Positions 19,526-27,549 of a DNA stretch of 50,366 nucleotides are shown piece by piece. A program made the position numbers and the translations under genes. Numbering within the stretch: the stretch's first letter is position 1; each line of letters opens with the position of its first letter. This DNA is from a virus (lineage: Duplodnaviria > Caudoviricetes), in IMG/VR virus record IMGVR_UViG_3300011258_000154, positions 1-50,366 of that record; one strand, given 5' to 3'. The notes beneath the pieces were generated by a model. That model did no database searches. It saw nothing but the letters and a program-made list of their open reading frames with translations, and was not told the origin of the DNA.

Positions 19526-20209
19526 CTATCCTAAGTTCATTCCTGTTGGATAAATCCGTAAACTTACTCCATCATTATCAGCCGAAGCCGCTAAATCAAA
19601 CGATTTCTGATAAACATTTTCTAAAAGTTGAAATTTATCAGGTGCATATTTCAAAGCCAATTTACTTGATAGACCTGCACATATACAATCAGACCACCGA
19701 TATGGAACATCAGCATCTTGATATGATGCTGTTACGTCTTCCAATTGGTTTACTGCCCAGTAACTTAAACTGTAAGTTGTAACGTCAGGTATTTGCCAAA
19801 CGTAAATTTGGGGAGTGTACTGCTTGTTTATCATGTATTGACTTGGTTTTCCCGAACTTGTTTTATTTGGAATTTGATTATAATCTGTAATCGATATTCT
19901 ATCTATTACCTGATCTGCCGTGTCAGTGCCTGCGCTATCTTTCACGACAACATCGATAAGATCTACAGTTCCAACAGGTAAAGTATATGGAGTCGTTTGA
20001 TCTTTAACTAAAGTTATACTTGCGTTTGTAACTGTCCAGTAATTTATACCACGATTAGACCATTCAGAAAATAACAGGTTCAAGCTCCTTCTAGCCGAAG
20101 AAGCCTGATCGCCTGTTCTCGTTTGAGGGTCTATACCACAACGCTCATAGGCTTCTGCTATAATCTCTTCGACATCGGGTCTATATGCGAATGTTCCTGA
20201 AGTTGCCAT
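19526..20209 (-). CDS. head-tail connector protein
   Basis: MATSGT..EEIIAEAYERCG..ARRSLNLLFSEWSNRGINYW..Y.QIPNKTSSGKPSQY. Confidence 0.65.
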   Translation of the reverse strand: MATSGTFAYRPDVEEIIAEAYERCGIDPQTRTGDQASSARRSLNLLFSEWSNRGINYWTVTNASITLVKDQTTPYTLPVGTVDLIDVVVKDSAGTDTADQVIDRISITDYNQIPNKTSSGKPSQYMINKQYTPQIYVWQIPDVTTYSLSYWAVNQLEDVTASYQDADVPYRWSDCICAGLSSKLALKYAPDKFQLLENVYQKSFDLAASADNDGVSLRIYPTGMNLG

Positions 20210-20622
20210 TAATAATCTTTAGATGCCCTGATAACAATCTGGTAAGCATCGCCTGCCGCGCCTGCACCAGTTGTTGTGAATTTAATATCGCCTGTTGAAT
20301 TAGTTCCGTAAGTGCTAGTGCTTGGTAGACCTCCGAAAATAGTAAAGTCTTGGTAACCACTTTGACCTTCGTCAAGGTGAAGAACTATAATATCTGTATC
20401 TGCGTCAGCTAAAACCTCAACAGTCATAGCATTTATAATCCACCAACATTCTAAAATACGAAGACCTGTACAGGTATCGCCATTAGCATTTTTAGTTAAA
20501 GCGGAAACATCTATTTTAGAAACAGCACTCTCATTGCCACCATCTACATATTGATACTGAAAAGCAAAAGTAACTTCTCTGGTACTTTCGCTGATCTTTG
20601 TTACAGTTGTAATATCAGCCAT
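20209..20622 (-). CDS. virion structural protein
   Basis: MADITTVT..DFTIFGGL..TGDIKFTT; structural module context; AAGGA RBS. Confidence 0.65.
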   Translation of the reverse strand: MADITTVTKISESTREVTFAFQYQYVDGGNESAVSKIDVSALTKNANGDTCTGLRILECWWIINAMTVEVLADADTDIIVLHLDEGQSGYQDFTIFGGLPSTSTYGTNSTGDIKFTTTGAGAAGDAYQIVIRASKDY

Positions 20623-20642
20623 TATTTAATCCTTTATGAAGT

Positions 20643-20662
20643 AGTAGGGGTTTCCCCCTACT
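20643..20662 (-). terminator. hairpin AGTAGGGG-GAAA-CCCCTACT (weak terminator or processing site)
   Basis: 8-bp perfect stem with GNRA loop in an intergenic gap; poor U-tract. Confidence 0.5.
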
Positions 20663-20679
20663 TTAATTAGAACCTTTTA

Positions 20680-21186
20680 TTACTGGTCGGCAAACGCAGG
20701 TGCAGTTGCACCTGTAACAGTTCCAAAGATTTGATAGTTTGTGGAATCTTTACCAATAATTGTAACATCAAACCCAGCAGGAACATTTAATTGAATACTG
20801 CTATTTGAGTTACCATCAGAAAATACTGCGCTCACTTCATTATCAGTGTCTAAAAATGTTACTCCACCAACATAAAAATTAGTATTGCCTGGTGTGACAA
20901 TTATTGCATCTGTTGCATCAGCCGCACCACCTGCATAAACAAATCTAAAAACAGACCCAGCAATTGGTGCTGGTAATGTATAGGTGTTGTCTTGACCACC
21001 ATCTGGAACAAGCAAAACTCTTCCACTGTGAGTGGCGTTGGTTAAGGTTACGTTACCATCTGAAAGACTTACAGGGCCATCACCGATTGTAGTAACCTCT
21101 GTAATTGTTCCAGTAGTAGCATTTTTACTTATAGTTTTAAGGGTAGTTTCAGACCGGATTGGCCCTGAAAATGTTGTATTAGCCAT
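20680..21186 (-). CDS. capsid-associated (decoration/fibre) protein
   Basis: MANTTFSGPIRS N-terminus, TYTLPAP motif; directly downstream of the capsid gene. Confidence 0.6.
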   Translation of the reverse strand: MANTTFSGPIRSETTLKTISKNATTGTITEVTTIGDGPVSLSDGNVTLTNATHSGRVLLVPDGGQDNTYTLPAPIAGSVFRFVYAGGAADATDAIIVTPGNTNFYVGGVTFLDTDNEVSAVFSDGNSNSSIQLNVPAGFDVTIIGKDSTNYQIFGTVTGATAPAFADQ

Positions 21187-21242
21187 GTTTATCTCCTTAT
21201 CTTGGCAAACGTCAGCCGCACCATGCGACTGTTAAGGAATGA

Positions 21243-21260
21243 AGGAGGGCGAACCCTCCT
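21243..21260 (-). terminator. hairpin after major capsid gene
   Basis: AGGAGGG-TTCG-CCCTCCT then TCATTCCTT, 14 nt after the capsid stop. Confidence 0.6.
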
Positions 21261-21274
21261 CCACATTATTATAT

Positions 21275-22183
21275 TTAAGCCGCTCCCTCAGAGCCGAAAA
21301 CGCCACGCCAGTCGGTGAAGCCAAAGCTGTAACGCTCACGCACCTTATAACGTACATTTCCAGTTTCGAAGTCGCCTTCCATGCCTTTTTTCATAGGCGA
21401 TCTTTGGAACATCTTCAGTCCATCTGGAACATCAGTTGTCACGAACCACGCATCAGAGTCTGTCAATCTACGCATAACGTGTGACCCACCTGGTAGGTAT
21501 CCGTTATTTTTAATTGCGTTGATTGCATTATTAGCTGTGTCGTTCTGAAGGTCTGATTGCAAGATACGATTTGCAGTAAAGGTGTAAGCAGTTGGAATTA
21601 CCAACATCTGACCTTGTGCCGCAATTCGAAGACCACGATCATCTTTCATATCAGCTATGTTAATAAGCACAGCTTCTAGTGAAGTCTCAGATAAATCAGC
21701 CGCTGTTCCCAAAACATTAGACTGGTTTCCAGATCGGGTTGGGTGTGATGCACTTAAAAGTGTAACTCCGTCACCGCCTGTGTAGCCTGCTGTTTGTGAG
21801 AAATTAAGGACGTTAGCCGCTTTTAGCTCCTTAGTGGAAGCCATAGAACGGGCTAGTGCCTTAGTGTAGCGTGAAGCAATCGAACCATACTGGCCATCTT
21901 CTTCAGCTTCTTCGCTGATTGCGAAAGCCAAAGCGATTGTTTCGTGCTGATAACGTGCAGTCCATTGCTGACCTGCATCGTCATATGAGATTGCGCTACC
22001 CTCATTTTTGGTAGGTGCATTTCCGAACCCTTGTAGCAAAACATCTTCTTCGAATGCTTTGTTACTTGTGTTGGAAGAGAACACCGCTGAGTATTCTGGT
22101 GGATAGCTGTCGTACTCAAGCCCAAAGAGGGTATTGAGTCCTGGTTCAAGCATTTTAGCAAAACTTGCTCTATTTAAAGCCAT
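21275..22183 (-). CDS. major capsid protein
   Basis: 302 aa; LEPGLNTLFGLEY, L.SASHP, DLSETSLE, LTDSDAWF, GDFETGNVRYKVRERYSFG..DWRG motifs; GGAGG RBS. Confidence 0.88.
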   Translation of the reverse strand: MALNRASFAKMLEPGLNTLFGLEYDSYPPEYSAVFSSNTSNKAFEEDVLLQGFGNAPTKNEGSAISYDDAGQQWTARYQHETIALAFAISEEAEEDGQYGSIASRYTKALARSMASTKELKAANVLNFSQTAGYTGGDGVTLLSASHPTRSGNQSNVLGTAADLSETSLEAVLINIADMKDDRGLRIAAQGQMLVIPTAYTFTANRILQSDLQNDTANNAINAIKNNGYLPGGSHVMRRLTDSDAWFVTTDVPDGLKMFQRSPMKKGMEGDFETGNVRYKVRERYSFGFTDWRGVFGSEGAA

Positions 22184-22196
22184 TGTTCATACCCTC

Positions 22197-22748
22197 CTAT
22201 ATGCCTGCGCTGTCTTTTAGAAGATGCTCGTTTATTAGCACTTCCATGACGGCATTCGCACCAAAAGCATTTTCTGGTGCATCGTAAAGAGCTATGATCT
22301 TACAGGTAGCTGTACCTGCGGCCATAGTTCCACTAATTTCAAACCCAGATTGACCTGTTGTGGTCGAACCTGCTCCAGCAACAACATCAGCACAATTACC
22401 AATGTTAGTCTGTGCAGGAGATCCTGCGGATTGAACTTTGAATACAGTGTATGGGTCGTCATAGATATAAAGAATTATATCTGTGGCGACTGTGCCTGAA
22501 GGCCAGTATTCACTGTAAACGTATGAGCCATCACTTGCTGTGTAACTACACCCATCAAACACACCGATGTTATTAACCTCGGTTGCTGAATGTGGAGTCA
22601 CAAGTCCTGTAGCAATGATAATACAAAGATCACCTTTGAAGATGTTCTCTGCTAATTCACTTGCACAAGTATACTTGTTAGTCCTTGGTGCATTACCGCT
22701 CATGTGGCGAGTTGGGACAAACCCAAAGGCTGAATCTGCATTAGCCAT
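22197..22748 (-). CDS. capsid cement/minor head protein
   Basis: MANADSAFGFVP..IFKGD..GVFDGCSY..DDPYTVFKVQ; immediately upstream of the capsid gene. Confidence 0.65.
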   Translation of the reverse strand: MANADSAFGFVPTRHMSGNAPRTNKYTCASELAENIFKGDLCIIIATGLVTPHSATEVNNIGVFDGCSYTASDGSYVYSEYWPSGTVATDIILYIYDDPYTVFKVQSAGSPAQTNIGNCADVVAGAGSTTTGQSGFEISGTMAAGTATCKIIALYDAPENAFGANAVMEVLINEHLLKDSAGI

Positions 22749-22774
22749 ATTTTCGCTCCTTTAGCGTTAAAGTT

Positions 22775-23260
22775 TTAATCATCCATAGCAGACAGTGGTC
22801 TGCCACGGCTCGCTGAAGACTTCCTATCTTGAAAGATCGGTTGTCCATTGTTTCGTCCTATCGCATCAAGTTCGCCTACAACTGATTCATTTTGCTCAAT
22901 GTTCCTGTTTTCATAGTAAGCCTTTTGAGCTTCACGTTTTTCAACAGGCATTTCACAGAGCAACATGCCTTCAATTCCAATTGAACCTGCCCACTGGCCG
23001 TGATTGATAGTCGGAAACAACTTATCATCTTTAACGGAGTCAGCAGGGCGTGGTTGCCATCCTTCTCGCATACGCTTGTATACGTTGTCTGGCGTTTCCT
23101 TACCCTGAATCGAGGTAGCTATCCATCGTTGAACATACCCTGGACGAGCTTCTGGAGCGTCCAACAATGCTGGTGGTTGCCATGCGGTATCGGGGCGAGG
23201 AGCCTCCTCACGCACAGAATTACGGGTTTCACTTGCGCGAACATTTCTTGCTTCAGCCAT
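22775..23260 (-). CDS. conserved head-module protein
   Basis: WQPPALLDAP..PGY..RWI..REGWQP..GMLLCEMP. Confidence 0.65.
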   Translation of the reverse strand: MAEARNVRASETRNSVREEAPRPDTAWQPPALLDAPEARPGYVQRWIATSIQGKETPDNVYKRMREGWQPRPADSVKDDKLFPTINHGQWAGSIGIEGMLLCEMPVEKREAQKAYYENRNIEQNESVVGELDAIGRNNGQPIFQDRKSSASRGRPLSAMDD

Positions 23261-24199
23261 TTAACTATTCCTTTCTAGTTTTCTAATTTCCGAGGCGTAG
23301 CGTTTTAAACCAGCCTCATCTGTTATTCCAACTTCTCTAGCCGCTGATAGTTGTTGCTTAGTCAGGCGAACCCTATTGCCCTTGTAGTTTGGAGAACCAC
23401 CGCCTGTAGAGGGCGCGACTGGTGACCTACTTTTGGTTCTCGTCGGTTTACTCGGACTTGATCCTGAAACTAACTCAGGAAATACGTTTTGTAAACGATT
23501 ATTTAATTGATTATAATATTCATCACTGTCCTTGTCGAACCCTTCAATATCTAATTGGACATCAATGGCTCTTGCGGCCGCAGTTTCACGCTCGTAACCT
23601 GCGCCATTAAACCACTTATTTTTATCCCACCACTGCATTGCCTTTACAGGGGCAGGGTCTTGTGCCGCTTGCACCGCCCTACCGACAGTTGGGGATGCGG
23701 TTTCCTGTTGCACTCTTTGGTTTTTCTGCATTTCTGCTACACGCATTGCGGCTCTCATGTCTGCCATCTGTTCCGAGAAATCTACTTGAGCTTCTGTATC
23801 GCCCTCCTCGACAGCTTTTTTTAGAGCTTCCTTAGTTTGTGCGTATCTCTGGTTAAAGGCATTTTCAGAATTTTGCTGAGATCCTTTCTCCAGTCTTTCT
23901 AGCCGAGCGGCAAGTTGTGCATTCTGCTCTTGTATTTGACGAGCCTGAACTTCTGCATCTCTGCGTTGCGCCACTAACTTCTGGATTCTTTTCTGAACTT
24001 TTTCTCCATACTCAGGATCTTGATCAGGTTTTTTCTTGGCTTCCTTTGTCTCCTCCTCGACAATATCATTAACTTCCTCCTGCGGATCGTCAGTGATTTC
24101 GATTTGGAACTCTTCTGGCTCTGCTTTAGCCTTTTTTATTTCGTCATTGATTTCCTCAATAACGCTGTCTGCTTCACTACTCATGGTTGCGTCCTCCAA
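23261..24199 (-). CDS. capsid scaffolding protein
   Basis: Acidic N-terminus, Y..KVQKRI.KL coiled coil, W..KNKWF, C-terminal VRLTKQQ..A..G; upstream of the capsid genes. Confidence 0.7.
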   Translation of the reverse strand: MEDATMSSEADSVIEEINDEIKKAKAEPEEFQIEITDDPQEEVNDIVEEETKEAKKKPDQDPEYGEKVQKRIQKLVAQRRDAEVQARQIQEQNAQLAARLERLEKGSQQNSENAFNQRYAQTKEALKKAVEEGDTEAQVDFSEQMADMRAAMRVAEMQKNQRVQQETASPTVGRAVQAAQDPAPVKAMQWWDKNKWFNGAGYERETAAARAIDVQLDIEGFDKDSDEYYNQLNNRLQNVFPELVSGSSPSKPTRTKSRSPVAPSTGGGSPNYKGNRVRLTKQQLSAAREVGITDEAGLKRYASEIRKLERNS

Positions 24200-24202
24200 G
24201 TT

Positions 24203-24601
24203 TTACGCTAGATATGCGGAGATTTCAGCCTCTTCAGGAATAATCGATGTTAATTCATCGTCATTCAGTAAAAGAAACTTAACTCCATTGATTGTGATCT
24301 TTTGACCTGCATACTTTCCATACGTCACACGATCATTAACTTTTGGACTTAACGTCTTCCAAGCCTCTCCCGTGTCACGATCTCGGTATGCCAAATCTCC
24401 CATAGCCGCAATTCTGCCGTGGGATGTCAGATACTCTTCATTGTCTTTTGAGATAGGGGCGAGATATAGACCGCCCTTTGTTTTCATGTTCACCTGATTT
24501 GGTTGAACTAGAACTTTCCAATTAAGTGGCTTCGGCAATTCGGCCTTAGTTACACTTCCTTCGCTTTCTTCGTCTTTCCAGACTGCATGTTGATGAGACA
24601 T
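24203..24601 (-). CDS. groES: co-chaperonin GroES-like
   Basis: LPKPLNWKVLV, KTKGGLYL mobile loop, GDLAY, YGKYAG, LLNDDEL. Confidence 0.85.
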   Translation of the reverse strand: MSHQHAVWKDEESEGSVTKAELPKPLNWKVLVQPNQVNMKTKGGLYLAPISKDNEEYLTSHGRIAAMGDLAYRDRDTGEAWKTLSPKVNDRVTYGKYAGQKITINGVKFLLLNDDELTSIIPEEAEISAYLA

Positions 24602-24603
24602 GT

Positions 24604-24801
24604 TTAATCATCCTCTTCGTTAAAGTTTTTAAATGTTTCGTCGATTAAGTCGGCAGACCTCTGTAAGCCTTCCGCTACACCAACGTCCTTCTGATATGCT
24701 CCGAAGTCAACTTCTCGACCCAAGAGCATTTTTTCAGCTATCTCTAGCCGTTCCTTCTTCAGATTGTCTTTTATCTTCTGAAGTAGATCTGTTATCGTCA
24801 T
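24604..24801 (-). CDS. small helical protein upstream of groES
   Basis: G..DFGAYQKDVGVAEGL motif. Confidence 0.7.
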   Translation of the reverse strand: MTITDLLQKIKDNLKKERLEIAEKMLLGREVDFGAYQKDVGVAEGLQRSADLIDETFKNFNEEDD

Positions 24802-24859
24802 CTTTTACCTTTCCAGACATATTTACGCCCTTGACGAATATTTTCACATCTTTACTCAT
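24734..24859 (-). CDS. 41-aa hypothetical protein (not in ORF track)
   Basis: MSKDVKIFVKGVNMSGKVKDDDNRSTSEDKRQSEEGTARDS*; starts 1 nt after the upstream stop and overlaps the next gene. Confidence 0.45.
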   Translation of the reverse strand: MSKDVKIFVKGVNMSGKVKDDDNRSTSEDKRQSEEGTARDS

Positions 24860-24860
24860 T

Positions 24861-24977
24861 TCAGTAACCTTTCTTACCGCCTTTTTTCTTTCCACCTTTT
24901 TTCTTCATTTTTTTCTCCTTTTTTTTATTTTTGGTTTTACCGCCTTTCATAAGCGAACCAAACGATGTTCTATTCAT
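24861..24977 (-). CDS. 38-aa Lys/Gly-rich basic peptide (not in ORF track)
   Basis: MNRTSFGSLMKGGKTKNKKKEKKMKKKGGKKKGGKKGY*; AGGAG upstream; second AAGGAG plus ATG at 24908. Confidence 0.6.
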   Translation of the reverse strand: MNRTSFGSLMKGGKTKNKKKEKKMKKKGGKKKGGKKGY

Positions 24978-25113
24978 ACACCTAACTCCTATGAATTACA
25001 ATTGTCACGTCATTTTGAACGTATGATTTACTATAGTCGTAAATCATACGCTTCATACACCTTTTGACCCCCGTATGAAATATGTATGAAAAGCGTATGA
25101 AAACGTATGAAAT
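24973..25113. repeat. iteron/palindrome cluster B (GTATGAA repeats; origin-like)
   Basis: Four direct GTATGAAA at 25073-25112, inverted TTCATAC copies at 24973 and 25052, 12-bp inverted repeat CGTATGATTTAC/GTAAATCATACG at 25020-25050. Confidence 0.8.
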
Positions 25114-25129
25114 ATATTACATTTAGTAC

Positions 25130-25158
25130 TTGTAATTGCTTGTGTCTGCTATTATATG
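25130..25158 (+). promoter_or_regulatory. early promoter-like element P1
   Basis: TTGTAA-17-TATATG; near-identical to 27774-27802. Confidence 0.65.
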
Positions 25159-25200
25159 TTATGTATAGAGAGAAAAAACGAATCACTAGGGAGAAACAAA

Positions 25201-25578
25201 ATGGAAGATTATCAAAGAAAATTTTTAATGAATTACATACCATCTTATATTCTTTTAGATGAACTAACCAAAAAAATTAATCACCTTTGTGAGGGTGATG
25301 ATACGACTTTGGATATGATAAAGCCACTTCAAGCAAAAGAAATGGAATTGTATCGTGCTGTGGGCCAACAACGGAGAGATGCAGAAGAAAATGTAATAAA
25401 ATTTACTGAGATGTTTGATGAAAATGCCGTCGATATTGTTCGTATAAACGCTTACCATACATTTCGTGAACATGTAGGGCCATGCGAAGATTTTGACGAT
25501 CACATGGTAGAAGCATTTATAAATGCAATAATAAACAAAAGCGAAGATCATTGTAGAGATCTTTACAATCACGTTTGA
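25201..25578 (+). CDS. hypothetical early protein
   Basis: Start moved to the ATG following GGGAGAAACAAA; MEDYQRKFL... Confidence 0.75.
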   Translation: MEDYQRKFLMNYIPSYILLDELTKKINHLCEGDDTTLDMIKPLQAKEMELYRAVGQQRRDAEENVIKFTEMFDENAVDIVRINAYHTFREHVGPCEDFDDHMVEAFINAIINKSEDHCRDLYNHV

Positions 25579-25593
25579 AAGAGGAGAAACATA

Positions 25594-25848
25594 ATGGAAC
25601 ATTTTAAATACAACCAAAAAATCCGAGCTTATGACTACAAGCCATCAGAAGGATTTGAGAAGTTTATTGAAGGTGCAGTTATTTATAGTGGCATGATTAA
25701 ACATCCAAAATATAACATCGATATGTATGAGGGTTACATTATTCAGGTTACAAACGCTGATGATGAAAATGATCCGCGCATTGGTGACATTGCCTATGTT
25801 CCTTTTGAATCAAGTTTTGATTGGGAAGATCGTATTACCGCAATTTAA
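25594..25848 (+). CDS. hypothetical early protein
   Basis: GAGGAGAAACATA-ATG leader; IRAYDY..FIEG.V..DRITAI. Confidence 0.75.
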   Translation: MEHFKYNQKIRAYDYKPSEGFEKFIEGAVIYSGMIKHPKYNIDMYEGYIIQVTNADDENDPRIGDIAYVPFESSFDWEDRITAI

Positions 25849-25854
25849 TTAAAA

Positions 25855-25896
25855 GGGGAGCAAAAGCTCCCCACAATCCAAGGGAGAAACAAAATG
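25855..25896 (+). promoter_or_regulatory. hairpin-leader element H1
   Basis: GGGGAGC-AAAA-GCTCCCC-ACAATCCAA-GGGAGAAACAAA-ATG. Confidence 0.85.
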
Positions 25897-26169
25897 AAAA
25901 AAATCGTAAATGAAATTGCAACTCTGAAGGCTCAGATTGCAGAATTGTCAAAAGACTTAAAAGCTAAAGAGTCTGTATTAAAGGCAATCGGTTCTGGAAC
26001 ATACGAGGGTAGTGAACACTACGTTGTCGTTTCAGAGGCAACTCGTAAAACTCTAGATATGAAAGCTGTTAGAGCAAAATTATCTAGGCAGTTCATTCAG
26101 GCAAATACGAATGAGACTGATTACCTTACTCTTAAAATTTTTGGGTATGGTAAAAAGATAGCCGCTTAA
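25894..26169 (+). CDS. hypothetical early protein (coiled-coil N-terminus)
   Basis: Strong leader; IATLKAQIAEL..RKTLDMKAVRAKLSRQFI; ends KKIAA. Confidence 0.8.
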   Translation: MKKIVNEIATLKAQIAELSKDLKAKESVLKAIGSGTYEGSEHYVVVSEATRKTLDMKAVRAKLSRQFIQANTNETDYLTLKIFGYGKKIAA

Positions 26170-26175
26170 CAATGC

Positions 26176-26205
26176 TTGACACTACTAGTTATTGCTAGTA
26201 GTGTC
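26176..26205 (+). promoter_or_regulatory. early promoter-like element P5 within an 11-bp perfect inverted repeat
   Basis: TTGACA-17-TAGTGT; GACACTACTAG-ttattg-CTAGTAGTGTC at 26178-26205. Confidence 0.7.
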
Positions 26206-26237
26206 TTCATATTAACGAATCACTAGGGAGAAACAAA

Positions 26238-27098
26238 ATGGCGAAATTGGCAAATCAAGAAGTGGTTAAAGAATTAACCGAAAAAGCAATTATCAGCATC
26301 GAAGATGCTATTTCAAAGGGTCTAAGTTGGAAGCCTGAATTTAAAGGCACTGGTGGACTTGCGTATAATATGTTTACTGGCAATGTCCTAAGTGGCGGCA
26401 ATCAGTTGATTGCACTACTTTCTGGAGTTGACACTCGGTGGGCAACACCGAAAGCCCTCAAAGCTAAAGGCGTAGCTTGGGCGAAGGGATCGAAGACGAC
26501 TACGTTCTTATTCCCAATCACAATCACCAAAGATAGTAAAACTGGTGAAAAGCTAGAAAATCCGTTTATGTATTTCAAAACGTACCGAATGATTAATGGT
26601 GCGGATATTGTCGATTTACCTCAAGAAAAGTCTGATGAAGTCACTCTAGAAGAGAGACACACCAAGATCGATGAGCTTGTAGCTGTACTTGGGGCAGATG
26701 TCCGTGAGAGCAGTAGAGGTCAGTGTTTTTATAACTATAGAGATGACTACATCCACATGCCGTTTAAGAAGTATTTTGATTCTATCGATAGTTATTACTC
26801 TACTTTATTTCACGAGATCGGTCATTTTACTGGCCATAAGAGCCGCTTAAATAGGCTTGGTAAACAAGATAAATCTGAATACGCTTTCGAAGAGCTAGTG
26901 GCTGAGTTGTTCAGCATCTACGCCTGTAAGTTTTTTGATATATCTTTTGAGCCTACAGAAAATAATGCCACTTACTTATCAAGTTGGCTCAAGGCTCTAA
27001 AGCAAGATGCTTCATTCTTATGGAAGGCATCAAGTCGGGCAACAGACATATTAAACTATGTCTTGCAAGCCCAAGAAGAGCTTAAAAAAGCCGCTTAA
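26238..27098 (+). CDS. ardC: ArdC-like antirestriction protein (ssDNA-binding N-domain plus zincin-like metallopeptidase)
   Basis: N..TG...SG.N, RWAT, KGSK in the N-domain; DYIHMP..F..YYSTLFHEIGHFTGHKSRLNR..YAFEELVAEL..YLSSWLKAL. Confidence 0.92.
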   Translation: MAKLANQEVVKELTEKAIISIEDAISKGLSWKPEFKGTGGLAYNMFTGNVLSGGNQLIALLSGVDTRWATPKALKAKGVAWAKGSKTTTFLFPITITKDSKTGEKLENPFMYFKTYRMINGADIVDLPQEKSDEVTLEERHTKIDELVAVLGADVRESSRGQCFYNYRDDYIHMPFKKYFDSIDSYYSTLFHEIGHFTGHKSRLNRLGKQDKSEYAFEELVAELFSIYACKFFDISFEPTENNATYLSSWLKALKQDASFLWKASSRATDILNYVLQAQEELKKAA

Positions 27099-27106
27099 AT
27101 TTAACA

Positions 27107-27148
27107 GGGGAGCCTTGCGCTCCCCACAATCCAAGGGAGAAATAAATG
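27107..27148 (+). promoter_or_regulatory. hairpin-leader element H2
   Basis: GGGGAGC-CTTGC-GCTCCCC-ACAATCCAA-GGGAGAAATAA-ATG. Confidence 0.85.
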
Positions 27149-27304
27149 TTGGATGATACTAAACCACCTCTGGGTTCTCGCATCAGGTCTATGATACTGG
27201 TCTACGATGCCTTCGGGGAAACCTACACCGATGCAGATAAGAAATTTGCATTAAAAATTATGGCTAACTTACTAAAGGAGGTAGTCGGTGATGACGTTGT
27301 CTGA
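27146..27304 (+). CDS. 52-aa hypothetical protein (not in ORF track)
   Basis: MLDDTKPPLGSRIRSMILVYDAFGE...VVGDDVV*; follows the H2 leader. Confidence 0.7.
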   Translation: MLDDTKPPLGSRIRSMILVYDAFGETYTDADKKFALKIMANLLKEVVGDDVV

Positions 27305-27446
27305 GTTAAGAGATTGGCTAGAGGTTCAAATAGAGCGGCATGAAAGGATGCTCGAAACCTCTAAAGATGCTCATGCAATTAAAGATTCAATGGCCAAGTT
27401 GGTGGCTTATAAACGAACTTTGGTTAGATCTAAGGGAGGTGAATAA
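27291..27446 (+). CDS. 51-aa hypothetical protein (not in ORF track)
   Basis: MTLSELRDWLEVQIERHERML...KGGE*; AAGGAGGT RBS. Confidence 0.7.
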   Translation: MTLSELRDWLEVQIERHERMLETSKDAHAIKDSMAKLVAYKRTLVRSKGGE

Positions 27447-27447
27447 A

Positions 27448-27501
27448 ATGGAGTTTAGTTTATTAGGGTTTTTAATCCTTTTAATTATAACCAATCTTTA
27501 A
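27448..27501 (+). CDS. 17-aa hydrophobic micropeptide (not in ORF track)
   Basis: MEFSLLGFLILLIITNL*; GGAGGT 7 nt upstream; ends just before H3. Confidence 0.5.
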   Translation: MEFSLLGFLILLIITNL

Positions 27502-27508
27502 TTAATCA

Positions 27509-27549
27509 GGGGAGCCTCGCGCTCCCCACAATCGTTTGGAGAAATAATG
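27509..27549 (+). promoter_or_regulatory. hairpin-leader element H3
   Basis: GGGGAGC-CTCGC-GCTCCCC-ACAATCGTTT-GGAGAAATA-ATG. Confidence 0.85.

Noticed and set aside
21187-21240. Small hairpin CAGTCGCA-TGG-TGCGGCTG in the leader downstream of the capsid gene as an ncRNA
   Set aside because: Single short hairpin with no second copy or recognisable family; cannot be supported without a covariance search
923-25067. Many plus-strand ORFs in the track (e.g. 1574-2086, 3703-4140, 16686-17252, 24633-25067)
   Set aside because: Antisense shadows of well-supported minus-strand genes; no RBS and low-complexity mirror composition
25855-27527. H hairpins as rho-independent terminators or integron attC sites
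   Set aside because: No U-tract follows; no GTTRRRY core sites or integron integrase; kept instead as leader elements
25073-27549. GTATGAAA repeats and H elements as a CRISPR or mini-array
   Set aside because: No regular repeat-spacer period; H copies are separated by whole genes; no cas genes
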